Assembly: GCF_058153355.1 (NCBI RefSeq)
Contig: NZ_CM177019.1
DNA: 64,000 nt
Direction: 5' to 3' (one strand)
The notes under the pieces: generated by a model
Told to the model about the DNA's origin: nothing
Database searches by the model: none
The model's input: only the letters and a program-made list of their open reading frames with translations
Shown: piece after piece, positions 30,299-42,441 of the stretch
Position numbering within the stretch: position 1 is the stretch's first letter
Layout: every line of letters begins with the position of its first letter
Made by a program: the position numbers and the translations under genes

Positions 30299-32314
30299 TT
30301 ACAACACCTCGCGAACCGAGATCCCCAGCCGCTGCATTCGTGATAGCAGCGTGGTGCGCTTCATCCCTAATCGCGTCGCCGCGCCACGGGGCCCGGCAAC
30401 AATGCCATTGGTTTCTCGCAATACCTGAACAATGCGCTGACGTTCTTCTTCGTCATTCTCTGGCGTCGTCGGGTGCAGTAACTGCGCCATTGAACTGCGA
30501 AGCGCCGAATTTTCATTTAACGTCGGCAGTAAACGGCTTTGTCGGACATTAAGATGTAAATTCAGACTGTTACCGCGAGTCAGCAGTACCGCTCGCTCAA
30601 TCACGTTTTCCAGCTCGCGCACGTTGCCCGGCCAGTCCCACGACATCAACTGGCGTAGCGCTTCTGTTGGAATGGCATCAATTGTGCGATTCATATGGCG
30701 AGCCATTTTTTGTGTAAAATGTTTTGCTAAAAGAGGGATATCTTCCGGACGGTCGCGTAGCGGCGGCAATTCCAGTGGAAAGACATTCAGGCGATAAAAG
30801 AGATCGCTGCGAAACTGGCGATCTTCTACCATTTGCCACAAATCACGGTTGGTGGCGGCAATGACTCTGACATTCACCGGGATCGTTCTACTCCCACCGA
30901 GACGCTCAATTTCCCGCTCCTGTAATACGCGTAGCAGTTTGGGCTGAAGTTCTAACGGTAGATCGCCAATTTCATCGAGAAATAACGTGCCGCCATCGGC
31001 AATTTCAAAACGACCACGATGAGTGTTAATCGCGCCAGTAAATGCCCCTTTGTCGTGACCGAATAACTCACTTTCCAGAAGACTGGCGGGGATAGCGGCG
31101 CAGTTGATTTTGACCAGCGGCTTGTCGCGTCGCGGGCTCAGTTGATGGATCGCCCTGGCGATCACCTCTTTGCCGGTTCCGGTTTCACCACAAATCAACA
31201 CCGTACTGTCGCTCTTCGCCACAATATCTACCTGCTGGAGTAAATCTTCCATTGCCTGGCTTTGGTAGATAATGTCACCGACGCCCAGATTCGAAAGGAG
31301 CTGCTCGCTAAGCTGGTGATTTTCTTGCTGTAAGCTTTCCTGCAAATCGGTCATGCTACGCCAGGCATCGGCATTGCCAACGGCAATAGCGATGCGATCG
31401 GCAATATGTTGTAGTAGCTGGCAGTTTTCCTCACTAAAGAGAGTGGGAGAGGTATGCGCCAGCAACAATGCACCCGGTGTATGGTTGCCAAAGGTGAGCG
31501 GTATAAGGAGCGCAGATTCGCAGCCGTTAGATGCAAGTAAGTGTAATAACGGGTCGCGTTGCCAGAGAAACAGATCGTCTGCACGGTGCGTCAAGGTCGG
31601 TTGTCGGGTTTGTAGCGTTTGTGTCAGCAATACACTTTCGCCAGGCATACAGCGTGGCAGACACGCACAATGTGAGGCAGAAAGATCGCTGCACCACAGG
31701 CTGAACTTCTCGTTCTTTCGATGATCGCCCAGTACCATACTGACTGAAGCCAGACCGAAAAAATGATGGATCTCACGAGCGACGTCAGCGATCAGATCGT
31801 CGAGATCAAGATGTGACAACACTGCATTGGTGATATCCACCAGTACCCGATGATGATCGCGATCTTTCTCCAGCAAACGCAGCGCCACCTGCTGTTCTTC
31901 ATCATTGAGCCATGATTGCAGAACCGGAGTGATTATGTGTGCCAGCCAGTTAAACAGTGTGCAATCCTGGGGAGTAAAACGACTGCCGTGGGTGCGAATA
32001 AAGCGTAGCTCCGCCATTCCACTACTGCCGAGAAGGACGGCGTGGCGCGAATAATCGACCATCTCGCCCTGATACTCTGTTGTTGCCGTCACATCGCTGC
32101 CATCATCATGGTAGCGATAATAGAAGTTGCTTTTGAGAACATGCAGTTCAATAAGTTGTACCGGGCTGAACGGCGGCGGCAGCGGGATGAAGGCGCGTAA
32201 TAAAGACGCCTTGCCGTGTTTCTGCGCTAACCGCTCCGCGAGCATTCCGTTTACCGCTTCAATTGTTATTCCTTGTGGCGGGGCAAACATCGCCTCGTCT
32301 GACATAGCCATCAA
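30299..32314 (-). CDS. hyfR: Sigma54-dependent transcriptional activator HyfR (FhlA-like)
   Basis: GAF N-terminus, AAA+ sigma54 module with Walker A GETGTGKE and GAFTGA, C-terminal HTH. True start may be the second Met (32311). Confidence 0.9.
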   Translation of the reverse strand: MMAMSDEAMFAPPQGITIEAVNGMLAERLAQKHGKASLLRAFIPLPPPFSPVQLIELHVLKSNFYYRYHDDGSDVTATTEYQGEMVDYSRHAVLLGSSGMAELRFIRTHGSRFTPQDCTLFNWLAHIITPVLQSWLNDEEQQVALRLLEKDRDHHRVLVDITNAVLSHLDLDDLIADVAREIHHFFGLASVSMVLGDHRKNEKFSLWCSDLSASHCACLPRCMPGESVLLTQTLQTRQPTLTHRADDLFLWQRDPLLHLLASNGCESALLIPLTFGNHTPGALLLAHTSPTLFSEENCQLLQHIADRIAIAVGNADAWRSMTDLQESLQQENHQLSEQLLSNLGVGDIIYQSQAMEDLLQQVDIVAKSDSTVLICGETGTGKEVIARAIHQLSPRRDKPLVKINCAAIPASLLESELFGHDKGAFTGAINTHRGRFEIADGGTLFLDEIGDLPLELQPKLLRVLQEREIERLGGSRTIPVNVRVIAATNRDLWQMVEDRQFRSDLFYRLNVFPLELPPLRDRPEDIPLLAKHFTQKMARHMNRTIDAIPTEALRQLMSWDWPGNVRELENVIERAVLLTRGNSLNLHLNVRQSRLLPTLNENSALRSSMAQLLHPTTPENDEEERQRIVQVLRETNGIVAGPRGAATRLGMKRTTLLSRMQRLGISVREVL

Positions 32315-32340
32315 CAGTCCTTATTAATGAGAAATCCTTC

Positions 32341-32754
32341 TCACGCAATTTTTCTGGCCATCAGATAGATGGCCGGTTCCTGCATAATTTCATCCAACAG
32401 ATGAATGAATTGAATGCTACGCGCCTGCCACACAGACGTCGCGTCATCTGCCAGTGGCGCGAATGCCCGGATCAACAGGGCGGTGTGGCTGGCGTCAATA
32501 ACAATCTCACCAAAGGTCATCACCCCCAGCATCTTACGTCGGGCTTGCTCCTCTTCGACCTGTGCAAGCCAATCTTCGTATTCCGTCTGTGGGCAGCGGA
32601 AGGCGACATTCAGACAATCAATCACGCCAACGTGATGACCGATAGCCAACGAGTAATACATTACCTGGGAGCTGTGTTCCGGCATCTCGTCGCTACTGGC
32701 GATAAATTTTTTTCGCAGCGTCCAGAAAACAATTTCCCCGCACTCCTCAGCCAT
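32341..32754 (-). CDS. hyfJ: Hydrogenase-4 component J
   Basis: 137-aa ORF at the end of the hyf gene block. Confidence 0.85.
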   Translation of the reverse strand: MAEECGEIVFWTLRKKFIASSDEMPEHSSQVMYYSLAIGHHVGVIDCLNVAFRCPQTEYEDWLAQVEEEQARRKMLGVMTFGEIVIDASHTALLIRAFAPLADDATSVWQARSIQFIHLLDEIMQEPAIYLMARKIA

Positions 32755-33505
32755 GTAACCCCCGGAGAACGCGAAAGAGTTGCTGAACGATACTATTGAG
32801 ACGCGGATCGTCGGCTTCGCGCAACCAGGTGTTAACCCGATTTCCTGTAGGATCGTCGCTTAAATGGCGCAGGAGCCGATCGCAAATTTCTCGCCCCTGA
32901 CGATAGCCCGCCAGCCGCCTCGCTTCTCGCTCAATGGCGATACGCTGTGATGGCGGGATCTGCGGCCACAGCGGTTGCATGGTCACCCCGGTGGGATCGC
33001 GATAATCCACCGCGTGAATCTTCTGTTGTAGCAAACCGAGCGCCACGGCGAAACCGTGAATGGTGGCGGCCGGTGTTGGCGGACAGCCGGGGATCCAAAC
33101 ATCAATGGGGACAATGGTGTCGCTGCCGCCCCAGACGCTGTAGAGATCGTGGAAAATACCGCCGCCGACACCGCACGCGCCGTAGGAAACACAGATTTTA
33201 TGATCGGGGGCAGACTCATATGCCCGAAGTGCAGGCATACGCATCGCCCGGGTGACTGCGCCAGTAAATAACAAAATATCGGCGTGACGAGGTGATGAAA
33301 CAACCTTAATGCCAAAGCGTTCTGCGTCGAACACTGGCGTGATGGCGGCAAAAATTTCGATTTCACAGGCGTTGCAGCCGCCACAATCCACGCGATAAAC
33401 GTAGGCCGAACGACGGATATCCTGTAGCAAATGCTGCTTCATCTTTTGCGTTTGTTCGTCCAGCGTGATGGGCTGGCTGACATGTTGCGTAAGCACTGGA
33501 CTCAT
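32747..33505 (-). CDS. hyfI: Hydrogenase-4 small subunit (NuoB-like Fe-S)
   Basis: 252-aa ORF with NuoB-type cysteine motifs ([12 protein letters not shown]). Confidence 0.9.
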   Translation of the reverse strand: MSPVLTQHVSQPITLDEQTQKMKQHLLQDIRRSAYVYRVDCGGCNACEIEIFAAITPVFDAERFGIKVVSSPRHADILLFTGAVTRAMRMPALRAYESAPDHKICVSYGACGVGGGIFHDLYSVWGGSDTIVPIDVWIPGCPPTPAATIHGFAVALGLLQQKIHAVDYRDPTGVTMQPLWPQIPPSQRIAIEREARRLAGYRQGREICDRLLRHLSDDPTGNRVNTWLREADDPRLNSIVQQLFRVLRGLHG

Positions 33506-34047
33506 AGCTGCTCCTTAGCCACCAGCGGTTCATCTGTGTCGTCGTTGATCAGCGTCGCGCGTTGTTTGCATTCCGGGCAGACGCTCGCTTGCGCCCACAA
33601 CATTTCGCGGTTTTGTGGTGCATTTTGTTGCTGTGCCAACAGTTCTGCAGCCAGTGCGACGGTTTTTTGCGGGGCAAACGGGCGTTCGCAACGGCTGCAA
33701 CGTTGTAGATGGAACGTCGCGCGGGTATAGAGATCGGCTTTATTGGTGACGGTCAGTTCAAAGTTATTGGTAAGCTGAATGGCTCTGGTCGGGCACACTT
33801 CTTCACAACGTCCGCAGTAAATACAACGCCCCAGATAGAGCTGCCAGGTGCGCGTATTTTGCTGGTCGTCGGTCTGGATAGTCAGCGCATTTGCCGGACA
33901 AGCACAGGCGCAGGCACCGCAGGCAATACATTGGCTGGGCATCAGGTCCGGTTTCCCGCGAAAGCCTGGGCTGACCTCCAGTGGCGCGAAGGGATATTTC
34001 ACCGTCGCGGTTTCGGCGCGCATAATAGTTTTCAGTAACTTCAGCAT
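33502..34047 (-). CDS. hyfH: Hydrogenase-4 ferredoxin-type subunit (2x[4Fe-4S])
   Basis: 181-aa ORF with two CxxCxxCxxxCP motifs. Confidence 0.9.
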   Translation of the reverse strand: MLKLLKTIMRAETATVKYPFAPLEVSPGFRGKPDLMPSQCIACGACACACPANALTIQTDDQQNTRTWQLYLGRCIYCGRCEEVCPTRAIQLTNNFELTVTNKADLYTRATFHLQRCSRCERPFAPQKTVALAAELLAQQQNAPQNREMLWAQASVCPECKQRATLINDDTDEPLVAKEQL

Positions 34048-34056
34048 TTTCTGTCC

Positions 34057-35772
34057 TTACTTCAGCGGCGAACGGTTACGATCAATGCCGTAGCGTTCGA
34101 TCTCTTTATACGGCACGGTTTTTGACTGGCGCTTGCGCACATCAACCAGCGTCACACGGTCGGTACAGGTGTAGCAGGGATCAAGGCTACCGATAATCAG
34201 CGGTGCGTCAGAAACGGTATTGCCGCGCAGCATGTAACGCAGCACTGGCCAGTTGGCGTAGGTGGCGGCACGACAGCGCCAGCGGAACAATTTTTGGTTA
34301 TCACCGAGCATGCTCCAGTGCACGTCTTCACCGCGTGGCGCTTCAACAAAGCCCAGCGCGAATGCGTGAGGTTTATAGCTAAAGCCTTCGGTCAGCAGTG
34401 GGGTATCCGGCATGTTGTCGAGGGCAAATTCCAGCATTGTCAGCGAATCAAACGTCTCTTTGACACGGACCATCACGCGGGAGAAGACATCGCCGCCGGT
34501 AAAGGTAAACAGCGTTTTTGGAATATTGCCGTAGTCGGCGTAGGGGTGATCAAAGCGCAAATCACGGGCAAAACCACTGCCACGGATCAGCGGCCCTACG
34601 GGGCTATAATCACGGGCGATTTGTCGGTCGAGAATGCCAATGCCCTGAGTGCGTTGTTCCATATTCGGCGTGGCAAGCAGCATCTCTACCAGCTCCGACA
34701 CGTCGGCGCGCATCTCGCGCACCAGTTTCATCGTTTGCAGACGTTGCTCTTTGAGAATATCGCGGCGAACACCACCAATCAGATTCAGACCGTAGGTTTT
34801 ACGCGACCCGGTCAGCAATTCCGCCATCGTCATCGACTTTTCCCGCACGCGGAAAAATTGCATAAAACCGGTATCAAAACCAACAAAATGGCAGGAGAGA
34901 CCAAGGTTGAGCAAATGACTATGCAGCCGTTCGACTTCCAGCAGAATCGAGCGAATAGTATGCGCTCGTTGCGGCACCTCAATCCCCAGTGCATTTTCAA
35001 CCGAGTTGGTATAGGCCACACTGTGGGCAAAACCGCAAATCCCACACACGCGGTCCGACAAGAAGGTCACTTCGTTGTAGCCCATCCGCGTTTCTGCCAG
35101 TTTCTCCATGCCGCGATGGACATAAAACAGGCGGTAATCAGCATCGACAATTTGCTCGCCATCCACAAACAAGCGGAAGTGACCTGGTTCATCGGAGGTG
35201 ATATGCAGCGGGCCAACAGGGATCACCCGCGCATCGCTGTTGCCCTCGTTGATAAACGGATACGTTTCGGTATCAGTCGTCGGTTCAGGGCGCAGTCGAT
35301 AATCCATCGCGTCTTTGCGCAGCGGATGCATATCTTCCGGCCAGTCATCGGGCAACACCAGGCGACGCTGATCCGGCAGGCCAACCGGAATCAGCCCGTA
35401 CATATCGCGAATTTCTCGCTCGCCCCAGACCGCGGCAGGGACGCGCGGTGTGACTGACGGAAACTCCCGACTGTCGGCATCGACCAGTGCCTTCACCACG
35501 ATCCAGCATTTTTCGGCCCCTTCCATTGAAAGGGCATAATAAACCGCGTAATGACCGTTAAGTGTCCGCTCGTCGTTGCCAAACAGGACCGGAAGCCAGC
35601 CATCATGTTGATAATAAAGATAATGTACAACGTCAGGCAGCAGATTTATTTTCACCGTAATGGTGACCTGTTCAGGCGTTTGTCGCTCTTCATCCAGCAC
35701 CGCGCCGGGGAACTGCGTTTTCAGGGCGGCGAGAATCGCTTCGCCACGATTTGACGATGAATTAACGTTCAC
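34057..35772 (-). CDS. hyfG: Hydrogenase-4 [NiFe] large subunit
   Basis: Start assigned to the GTG (codon 35770-35772) preceded by GGAGA ([14 protein letters not shown]). N-terminal RGxCGxCxxxH-type and C-terminal DPCxxC nickel-binding motifs. Confidence 0.9.
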   Translation of the reverse strand: MNVNSSSNRGEAILAALKTQFPGAVLDEERQTPEQVTITVKINLLPDVVHYLYYQHDGWLPVLFGNDERTLNGHYAVYYALSMEGAEKCWIVVKALVDADSREFPSVTPRVPAAVWGEREIRDMYGLIPVGLPDQRRLVLPDDWPEDMHPLRKDAMDYRLRPEPTTDTETYPFINEGNSDARVIPVGPLHITSDEPGHFRLFVDGEQIVDADYRLFYVHRGMEKLAETRMGYNEVTFLSDRVCGICGFAHSVAYTNSVENALGIEVPQRAHTIRSILLEVERLHSHLLNLGLSCHFVGFDTGFMQFFRVREKSMTMAELLTGSRKTYGLNLIGGVRRDILKEQRLQTMKLVREMRADVSELVEMLLATPNMEQRTQGIGILDRQIARDYSPVGPLIRGSGFARDLRFDHPYADYGNIPKTLFTFTGGDVFSRVMVRVKETFDSLTMLEFALDNMPDTPLLTEGFSYKPHAFALGFVEAPRGEDVHWSMLGDNQKLFRWRCRAATYANWPVLRYMLRGNTVSDAPLIIGSLDPCYTCTDRVTLVDVRKRQSKTVPYKEIERYGIDRNRSPLK

Positions 35773-37342
35773 TGTGTTTCTCCGAAACAGATGCGGTGCC
35801 TGAAGGCAAAAAATCATGCCAGGTGCTACGTTGTGCAGGCAGGTCGTGCGTCCCTGAGAGGACTATAGTGGAAGCGCCCGCCAGGATCCTGATGACAGGT
35901 TGTGGAATATGCGTTCCCATCGCCAGCATCATGACCAGCAGAATCACCATTGGCGAGGTGGTCAACCAGCCAAGTTCACCCCGGTTAACGGCCTGCGGCG
36001 GTTTCGCCATTAACACCCGCGCAGCCATCCGTACCAGGCCCGCCAGCACCAGCGTTAACAGCAATAACAGCAGGACGATAATCAACAGGTGATTACGAGC
36101 CAGTCCGGCGGTAACGGTCATAAATTCGCTAAGAAAAATGTTGAAGGGCGGCATCCCGGCCAGCGCCAGCGCACCGCCGCCAAACAGCACGGCGGTAAAT
36201 GGCATGATTTTGAGCATTCCGCAGACGACGTTGAGATCGCGCGTGCCGTACTTGAGCAGTACATTGCCGGAACCGCAGAACAGCAGCGTTTTTGCCAGAC
36301 TGTGGTTTAAGGTGTGCAGCAGCGCAGCAAAAATTCCCAGCGGCCCGCCAATGCCTAGCGCCACCGCGACCAGTCCCATGTTCTCCACGCTGGAGTACGC
36401 CAGCAGACGCTTAATGTCCCGCTGTACCAGAATGAAAAATGCCGCCACGGCAACCGACAACATGCCGAAGATGAGCAACAACCGGTTGGGGAAATCGCTG
36501 CCGATGGCCTGGCAAATAATGATGTAATAGCGAATCAGCACCAACAACGCGCAGTTCAGCAATACGGCGGAGAGCAGGGCGCTGACCGGACTCGGCGCTT
36601 CACTGTGAGCATCCGGCAGCCAGGCGTGCATGGGAAATAGCCCGGTTTTGGTGCCAAAGCCAATTAGCACAAACACAAAGGCCAACAGCATTAATGTTGG
36701 GTCAAGCAAGGACGATTGCTTAAGAACCTCGCTCCAGAATATCGCCATTTCTGCCTGCGGCATAACGCTGGCGGCGTTGGCGTATACCAGCACGGTACCG
36801 AACAGACCAAAAGCGACACCAACAGTACAAATAATGATGTACTTCCATGCAGCTTCCAGAGATGAACGCTGACCGTAAATGCCTACCAGAAACGCCGAGC
36901 TTAAGGTGGTGGCTTCGATTGCCGCCCACATCACAATCAGGTTATTGCTGGTAACAACCAGCAGCATGGTGAACAAAAACAGATGGAAGAAACCGTAGTA
37001 ATCGCACAGCGTAACGGGTGAAAGCTCGCCGTGAGCCACTTCATGACGCATGTAGCCAATCGAGTAAACACCGGTGAGAAAGCCAATCACACCAAGAATG
37101 GCGAGGAACAAACCGCCCAGACCATCAATATGAAGCCACAGTCCCGCAGCGAATATTTCTCCCGCATCAGCGGCAGTTTGGACCACCCACAGTGCCAGAA
37201 TCAGCAGCAGTGTGATCCCTAAGCTATGTAGTACTGTCACCGTGCGAGTCGCAGAGTGTTCCCGTTTCCGGCAGGCAAAACAGAGCAGCGAAAAAAGTAG
37301 CGGCGTGAGCAGGAGTAAAGCGAACATCACAGAATAACTCAT
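35762..37342 (-). CDS. hyfF: Hydrogenase-4 membrane subunit F (NuoN/antiporter-like)
   Basis: 526-aa polytopic ORF. Confidence 0.88.
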   Translation of the reverse strand: MSYSVMFALLLLTPLLFSLLCFACRKREHSATRTVTVLHSLGITLLLILALWVVQTAADAGEIFAAGLWLHIDGLGGLFLAILGVIGFLTGVYSIGYMRHEVAHGELSPVTLCDYYGFFHLFLFTMLLVVTSNNLIVMWAAIEATTLSSAFLVGIYGQRSSLEAAWKYIIICTVGVAFGLFGTVLVYANAASVMPQAEMAIFWSEVLKQSSLLDPTLMLLAFVFVLIGFGTKTGLFPMHAWLPDAHSEAPSPVSALLSAVLLNCALLVLIRYYIIICQAIGSDFPNRLLLIFGMLSVAVAAFFILVQRDIKRLLAYSSVENMGLVAVALGIGGPLGIFAALLHTLNHSLAKTLLFCGSGNVLLKYGTRDLNVVCGMLKIMPFTAVLFGGGALALAGMPPFNIFLSEFMTVTAGLARNHLLIIVLLLLLLTLVLAGLVRMAARVLMAKPPQAVNRGELGWLTTSPMVILLVMMLAMGTHIPQPVIRILAGASTIVLSGTHDLPAQRSTWHDFLPSGTASVSEKHSER

Positions 37343-37346
37343 CTCA

Positions 37347-37997
37347 TTATCCCTTCAGCGCGGTCAAGTTGTTCACGTCCAGCGTGCCGTGGGTACGCCA
37401 TATTTTTCTTGCCAGTAACACCATCACAATGACGGCGAAGATGGCGTCGGTAGCGATACCAATTTCCACCAGTTCCGGTGCACGCCAGGCAAGAAGCGCC
37501 AGCACCAGATGGGAGCCGTTTTCCATCAGGCAGTAACCAAAAATTTGCCGCAGGATATTGCGCTGGCTGACAATGCACAGCAGGCCAAGTAGAAAATGAC
37601 CTAACGCCACCGCCAGCGCCGGTTTCAGCCCGGTAGCCATCGGTAGCTTCACGGGCTGAACGACAAATGCGCAAAGCAGGACAATTAATGCCGCGAGCAA
37701 TGCCATCATTGCCGGACCGAATAACGCTTTTTCCGGGAGGTTCTGGGGAATATTTCGTGCAGCGTAAATCATGATTAACGGTACCATCAGTACTTTGGTG
37801 ATAAAGGCGCTGGCGGACCAGATCAGCAGTTGCTCTGCGGCGAACAGGCACGAGAGGGTGGCGAAAATAGACACCAGCACCAGCGACTGGCAGGCGTAAA
37901 ATCCGCATGACAGGCGATAGCTTTTGACACTAATCACAAACAGCGATGTCAGCATCATCAGTCCCGCCAGATTATTTACGATCATAGAACCGGTCAT
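37347..37997 (-). CDS. hyfE: Hydrogenase-4 membrane subunit E
   Basis: 216-aa hydrophobic ORF. Confidence 0.85.
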   Translation of the reverse strand: MTGSMIVNNLAGLMMLTSLFVISVKSYRLSCGFYACQSLVLVSIFATLSCLFAAEQLLIWSASAFITKVLMVPLIMIYAARNIPQNLPEKALFGPAMMALLAALIVLLCAFVVQPVKLPMATGLKPALAVALGHFLLGLLCIVSQRNILRQIFGYCLMENGSHLVLALLAWRAPELVEIGIATDAIFAVIVMVLLARKIWRTHGTLDVNNLTALKG

Positions 37998-38008
37998 TCA
38001 TCATCTCC

Positions 38009-39448
38009 TTACTGCAACCAGGTCGCGGCGAATACGCTGGAAATCAGCGACATCACAATCAGTACAATCAACACCAGGCGCATTGATCCTGGCAGCGGTG
38101 CGGCATCGGCGACGGCTTCGCTCGGTTTGCCAGGCACGATGCGACCAAACCAGCGAATAAACCAGGCGAAACTGGCGACCGATTCAATCATCAGCAGAAT
38201 CATGGCGGGCAGCAGGATCCAGTACTCCTCTGACAACGAAAAACCGGCAGCAAACAGTGGGAATTTACTGAAGAAGCCGTTGAACGGCGGCACGCCAGTA
38301 ATCGCCAGCGCGGCCACGCAGAAACCCACGCCAGGCAACGGCAGGGTGTGCAATACGCCACGCAGACGCGGCAACAAGCGCGTGCCGCAGCTGTAACTCA
38401 GCGCACCTGCTACAAGGAAAAACAGGCTTTTAGCGAACGCGTGGTTGACGATGTAGGCGATGCTGCCCTCCAGTGCCAGCCGCGAGCCGAAGATGGAGAG
38501 CGACAAGCCGAAGAACATCCAGCCAAGTTGAGTGATGGTCGACCAGGCCAGCAACCGCTTCATATCCTGCTGCGGCAAATACATCAGGAGGCCGTAAAGA
38601 ATGGTGACCAGTGCCATGACCATGCCAATGCCGCCAATCACATGCGGGATATTGCCGCCGTCGATAATGGCGCGGGCAAAAATGTAAACGCCCACTTTCA
38701 CCATCGATGCGGCGTGGAGATAGGCGCTGATCGGTGTTGGCGCTTCCATTGCATCCGGTAGCCACGCTTGCATCGGTAGCTGGGCCGATTTTCCCCACGC
38801 GGCAAACAGGATGCCGCCATAAACCAGATAACGTGCGTCGCCGTGTAACTCGCTCATCGCGCTAAGCGCAAACGTTCCGGTCTGCAAAAACAGCGTGGCG
38901 GCGGCAAGATACAACCCCAGCGAACCGATATGAGTGATAAGTAACGCTTTTAGTGCTGAACGTTGCGCTTTATCGCTCTGGTAATAACTGATCAACGCCC
39001 AGGAGCAGCCGCCCGTAATTTCAAAAAACAACAACTGACCGAGCAGCGTCGAGGAGAGTACCAGTCCCGCCATCGCGCCGATAAAAACCAGCAAAAATGC
39101 GTAATAACGATTCGTGCCGTTATGCGGGTGTTCGCGATTTTTATCCGTCAGATAACCCGTGGAGTAGATCGTGACCAGCAAACCGAGGAACACCACCACA
39201 AACAGAATCAGCGTACTCACGCGATCAATGACCAGGCCAAACAACGCCACATCCCCCACGTTGACCAACGTCAACGTGACGGCAACTTTATCGGCCTGAT
39301 AAAACGCGGAGATCAGCGACAACATGCACAGCGTGGTCAGCGCGGCGAACAAAATCCCCCATTCGGCGGCCCGACGTTGTGGCGAAAACGAAACGACCAG
39401 TGCGCCGATAAAAGGCAGCAATAACGTCGTCAGAGCAAGATTTTCCAT
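38009..39448 (-). CDS. hyfD: Hydrogenase-4 membrane subunit D (antiporter-like)
   Basis: 479-aa polytopic ORF. Confidence 0.88.
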   Translation of the reverse strand: MENLALTTLLLPFIGALVVSFSPQRRAAEWGILFAALTTLCMLSLISAFYQADKVAVTLTLVNVGDVALFGLVIDRVSTLILFVVVFLGLLVTIYSTGYLTDKNREHPHNGTNRYYAFLLVFIGAMAGLVLSSTLLGQLLFFEITGGCSWALISYYQSDKAQRSALKALLITHIGSLGLYLAAATLFLQTGTFALSAMSELHGDARYLVYGGILFAAWGKSAQLPMQAWLPDAMEAPTPISAYLHAASMVKVGVYIFARAIIDGGNIPHVIGGIGMVMALVTILYGLLMYLPQQDMKRLLAWSTITQLGWMFFGLSLSIFGSRLALEGSIAYIVNHAFAKSLFFLVAGALSYSCGTRLLPRLRGVLHTLPLPGVGFCVAALAITGVPPFNGFFSKFPLFAAGFSLSEEYWILLPAMILLMIESVASFAWFIRWFGRIVPGKPSEAVADAAPLPGSMRLVLIVLIVMSLISSVFAATWLQ

Positions 39449-39464
39449 ATTCCGTCAGTGCTCC

Positions 39465-40412
39465 TTACAGACCGGTTAACCAGAAGACCCAGGCAAGCGC
39501 AGCAAGGCTGAAGCCAAGCCAGGTCACATGGTGAATGAGTAAAAAACGCCCGCGTGCCAGCGTGTTTTCTGCGATAGAGGCCAGAACAAAAATCAGCAAA
39601 ACCTTGAGCAGCGTAACGACAAGTGAAGTCAGCAGGCAGGTGAGAGAAAGCTCTTGCGCGCGCCCAAAGGGCAGAAACAGGGCCACAAACAGTGCTGCCA
39701 TCACGACCTGTTTCAGCCCCAGCCCCAACTTCGCCAGCGCCAGCCCGGCACCGGAATATTCGGTCAGCGGGCCTTCCTGTAATTCCTGTTCTGCTTCAGC
39801 AACATCAAAGGGAATTTTTCCCATCTCAATGAAGCAGGCAAAACCACAGGCCAGTAACGCCAGTACGGTGGTTAGCGGCGAGTTCCAGCCCGTCGCCAGC
39901 GTCTTGCTGATCATCTCGATATGCGTGGAATCCGCTATCAGCGCCAATACCAGCAGTGAGAGAATGAGCATTGGTTCGACCAGAATGCCGAGCGTCAACT
40001 CGCGACTGGCACCGACTCCCGCAAACGGGCTTCCGGTATCCAGCCCGGAAAGAGCAAAGAAAAAACGAAACAGGGCAAGAAGATAGATAAGGGTGATCAG
40101 ATCGCCGCCGCCCGCAAAAGGGGAAACAGTAATAAATAGTGGTAGGGCCATCGCCAGCACCAGCATGCTGCTGATTAATACCCACGGCATCAGGCGGAAC
40201 ATCAGACCTGAAGATGTCGGCGCAACTTCCTGGCGTTTAAACAGTTTGTGGATATCGCGATAATCCTGCCAGATCCCCGGTCCGCGACGGGAGTGCATAC
40301 GCGCGCGTATCTGCCGGGAAATCCCTGTAAACAGTGGGGTTAGCGCCAGCAGAATCACGGCCTGTGCTAACGCAAAAATGATCAGATATCCGTCGCAAAG
40401 AGTTTGTCTCAT
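39465..40412 (-). CDS. hyfC: Hydrogenase-4 membrane subunit C (NuoH-like)
   Basis: Start placed at MRQTLCDGYLIIFALAQAV, internal to the track ORF. Confidence 0.85.
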   Translation of the reverse strand: MRQTLCDGYLIIFALAQAVILLALTPLFTGISRQIRARMHSRRGPGIWQDYRDIHKLFKRQEVAPTSSGLMFRLMPWVLISSMLVLAMALPLFITVSPFAGGGDLITLIYLLALFRFFFALSGLDTGSPFAGVGASRELTLGILVEPMLILSLLVLALIADSTHIEMISKTLATGWNSPLTTVLALLACGFACFIEMGKIPFDVAEAEQELQEGPLTEYSGAGLALAKLGLGLKQVVMAALFVALFLPFGRAQELSLTCLLTSLVVTLLKVLLIFVLASIAENTLARGRFLLIHHVTWLGFSLAALAWVFWLTGL

Positions 40413-40422
40413 GGTGATTTCC

Positions 40423-42441
40423 TTAGACGGCAATAGCGATTAGCAGCACAACCAGTGCGGCGACCACATACAGGCAATAGAGACGAAAGTCGCCGCTTTG
40501 CAGATGCTGTATTTCTTTGGCCAGCCGTTGGGTGGCGCTCACGATGGGGCGGAGCACCCGCTCATCCCAAAAGGGTTCTGTGCTCTGAGCCCTGGCGGTG
40601 ATGTGCGCGAGACCTTTGTTCAGCCTCAGCGTAGGGTCGAGCTGTTGTCGTAGACGAAATAGCGCAGAAAAGACCACACGCAGCGGCTGCATCACGCCAT
40701 TGCCTGACGGGGCCATCGCATTTTCCCAGCCGTAGCCGCATGCCCAGGCATCTCCTGTGCGACGAAACGCTGCGCGGCGCGAACGACACCACAGCCAGTA
40801 AAGGCCAGGCAGCAAAGGCATCGCCAGTAGTAACAGCAACAGTAATGAGGGAGTGACCTGTGTATGAAACGTGCCGGGGACAAGTGCCATTCCGCTGGCG
40901 ACAGTGACGGCAGGGGTATTGGTAAACGCATGGGCAATGTGCATTATTTTCGGTGCCAGCCAACTGGCACTAAGCGCAATTAATACGCAGAAAGCCGCGA
41001 GCAGTAACATGGCGACGATCATCGTATTTGGCACGTCCTGTGCCTCTTCAGCGTGTGTACTGCGCGGCGCACCACAGAAAGTAATGCCGTACATTTTGAC
41101 GAAGCACATTACTGCCAGCCCACCAGTGACTGCCAGCATCACCATAGCAATAGGACCCGCAAGTTGTAGCGCTACGGCTTCCACACGACTTAGTGAGAAC
41201 AGTGACTGCCAGGTGTACCATTCGCTGATAAAACCATTCAGCGGAGGAATGGCTGATATCGCGAGGCAACCAATCAGGCATGCTGCGGCTGTCCACGGCA
41301 TCCGTTTTGCCAGTGCCCCCATTTTTTCCATGTCGTGGGTATGCAAACGCGAAATAATCGCACCCGCGCCGAGAAATAGCAGCCCTTTGAACAGCGCATG
41401 GTTGAGCAGATGAAACAGTGCGCCGAGCAGTCCAACCACGGTGAGCAGCGGGTCGTGCAGTGACAGACCGACCATGGACACACCGACCGCCAGCAAAATA
41501 ATGCCGACGTTTTCGACGGTACTCCAGGCCAGCAGCCGTTTGATATCCTGTTCCGCCAGCGCATACAGCACGCCCAGGAGCGCGGAGATTGCGCCGATCG
41601 CCATCACCAGAATGCCCCACCACAGCGGCAAACCCGTTTGCGCCAGCAGATCCATCGCCACTTTCAGGATGCCGAAAATACCGATTTTGACCATTACGCC
41701 AGACATCAACGCCGAAGCGTGCGATGGTGCGGCAGGGTGAGCGCGCGGCAACCAGCTGTGCAACGGCATCATCCCGGCTTTCGCGCCAAAACCGAAGAAG
41801 GCCAGCAGGAACACCGCCGACGCCAGCCCCGGAGAAAGTGAAAGCGTGCGGAAACTGGCAAAATCGAGGTTGCCGCTTTCGCGCCACATCAGCAAGAAGG
41901 CAATCATAATCAGCACCGATCCGGCGTGGGCGATAAAAAAGTAGAGCATGCCAGCGTTGATTGACGTTTTATCCTGCCTGGCAATGACCAGAAACCAGGA
42001 AGACAGCGACATCATTTCAAACAGCACGATGAACCAAAAAGCGTTGTCCATCACCAGCAGGGCAACCATCGAGGCGATGAAAAGATTCATAAAGAAGCCC
42101 ATCGCCGCCGCGCCTTTGCCCTCGTATTCGCGCATATAAGTCAATGAATAGAGCGAACAAACCACCACCAGCAAGGAGATAACCAGCACCATAAATGCCG
42201 AGAGGCTATCCATTCGCAGGGTTAAATCGGCAAAGTCAAAAGGCGTGGCAAAACGGGCGACTAAAGTTACGCCTGCATGTAATTGCGTAATTCCGCTGAT
42301 GATGCCAATCGCGCCGCCCACCAGCGATGTGATGCCGGAAAGCTTAATAGCCAGTCTGTCCAGACCGAGTAAAAACAGCGAAGCCAGACTGGCAAACAGA
42401 TAGAGGATCAGCGACCAGGTTAATAATTGCAGGGCATCCAT
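40423..42441 (-). CDS. hyfB: Hydrogenase-4 membrane subunit B (NuoL-like)
   Basis: 672-aa polytopic ORF. Confidence 0.9.
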   Translation of the reverse strand: MDALQLLTWSLILYLFASLASLFLLGLDRLAIKLSGITSLVGGAIGIISGITQLHAGVTLVARFATPFDFADLTLRMDSLSAFMVLVISLLVVVCSLYSLTYMREYEGKGAAAMGFFMNLFIASMVALLVMDNAFWFIVLFEMMSLSSWFLVIARQDKTSINAGMLYFFIAHAGSVLIMIAFLLMWRESGNLDFASFRTLSLSPGLASAVFLLAFFGFGAKAGMMPLHSWLPRAHPAAPSHASALMSGVMVKIGIFGILKVAMDLLAQTGLPLWWGILVMAIGAISALLGVLYALAEQDIKRLLAWSTVENVGIILLAVGVSMVGLSLHDPLLTVVGLLGALFHLLNHALFKGLLFLGAGAIISRLHTHDMEKMGALAKRMPWTAAACLIGCLAISAIPPLNGFISEWYTWQSLFSLSRVEAVALQLAGPIAMVMLAVTGGLAVMCFVKMYGITFCGAPRSTHAEEAQDVPNTMIVAMLLLAAFCVLIALSASWLAPKIMHIAHAFTNTPAVTVASGMALVPGTFHTQVTPSLLLLLLLAMPLLPGLYWLWCRSRRAAFRRTGDAWACGYGWENAMAPSGNGVMQPLRVVFSALFRLRQQLDPTLRLNKGLAHITARAQSTEPFWDERVLRPIVSATQRLAKEIQHLQSGDFRLYCLYVVAALVVLLIAIAV

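Noticed and set aside
34294-35457. 387-aa ORF on the plus strand
   Set aside because: Antisense within hyfG with no independent support. The same applies to 41048-41887 within hyfB, 25160-25858 within uraA/hda and 59977-60885 within aegA.
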